DNA from: Malacoraja senta
Taxonomy: Eukaryota
Assembly (NCBI GenBank): GCA_038087875.1
Contig: CM075985.1
Location: 25,234,001 to 25,298,000 of the forward strand
Direction of reading: 5' to 3'
Length of the DNA stretch: 64,000 bases
The position numbers and the translations under genes were made by a program. Positions 63,859 through 64,000 of this stretch are shown here, piece after piece. Each line of letters begins with the position of its first letter. Position 1 is the first letter of the stretch. Under the pieces are notes generated by a model. That model worked only from the letters and a program-made list of their open reading frames with translations, was not told the DNA's origin and did no database searches.

Positions 63859-64000
63859 CTTGAGAGCAAATAGAAAAGCATTTACAAATTGAATTGCAAG
63901 AGTCACCAATCAATTTCAGTACGATACTGCACATTTTCCTGAGACTGGGCTGAATTTTAACAATGTTCATTGTTCGTGCCTAAGCAAAGGACATTTAGAA

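Larger units (their letters stand above)
20550..64000. repeat. ~3.72 kb genomic tandem repeat (macrosatellite-like), ~11.5 copies, each with six mucin micro-exons in transcript order D-A-B-C-A'-C'
   Basis: Spacing of type-D exons: 2966 (deleted unit), 3725, 5179, 3723, 3713, 3694, 3723, 5179, 3716, 3711, 3723. The two 5179 units contain the 1455-bp Gypsy insert. Introns are nearly identical between units. Confidence 0.97.

Noticed and set aside
20550-64000. CRISPR-like or V(D)J-like segment array
   Set aside because: Eukaryotic intron-exon structure with no unique spacers or cas genes. Exons are bounded by splice sites, and I saw no convincing heptamer-spacer-nonamer signals.

Overview
Vertebrate genomic DNA. 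The repeat families (CR1-type LINEs, an HE1/V-SINE-like tRNA SINE, Penelope remnants) suggest a cartilaginous fish such as a skate or ray; this is an inference. Most of the window is the 3' part of a minus-strand gel-forming-type mucin gene that the ORF track misses almost entirely. I reconstructed five frame-consistent C-terminal exons (19023-18992, 14669-14559, 10161-10110, 9481-9376, 8141-7973) encoding one VWC-like Cys domain and an 11-Cys C-terminal cystine knot, with AATAAA at 7781-7786. Upstream (19.5-64 kb) the Thr/Ser-rich (PTS) domain is split into about 68 micro-exons of 39-63 nt. This count is extrapolated from the unit structure; every exon I checked is phase 1-1 and a multiple of 3. 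The exons sit in a ~3.72 kb genomic tandem unit (6 exons, 288 nt, 96 aa, ~79% Thr+Ser), which is itself duplicated as a ~20 kb higher-order block marked by a truncated Gypsy integrase-LTR insertion. Some exon copies have dead, weakened or tandem (NAGNAG) acceptors. The 5' end of the gene lies beyond position 64000. The first 19 kb otherwise hold CR1, SINE, Penelope, RTE-like and Harbinger-type remnants and a 143-N gap.
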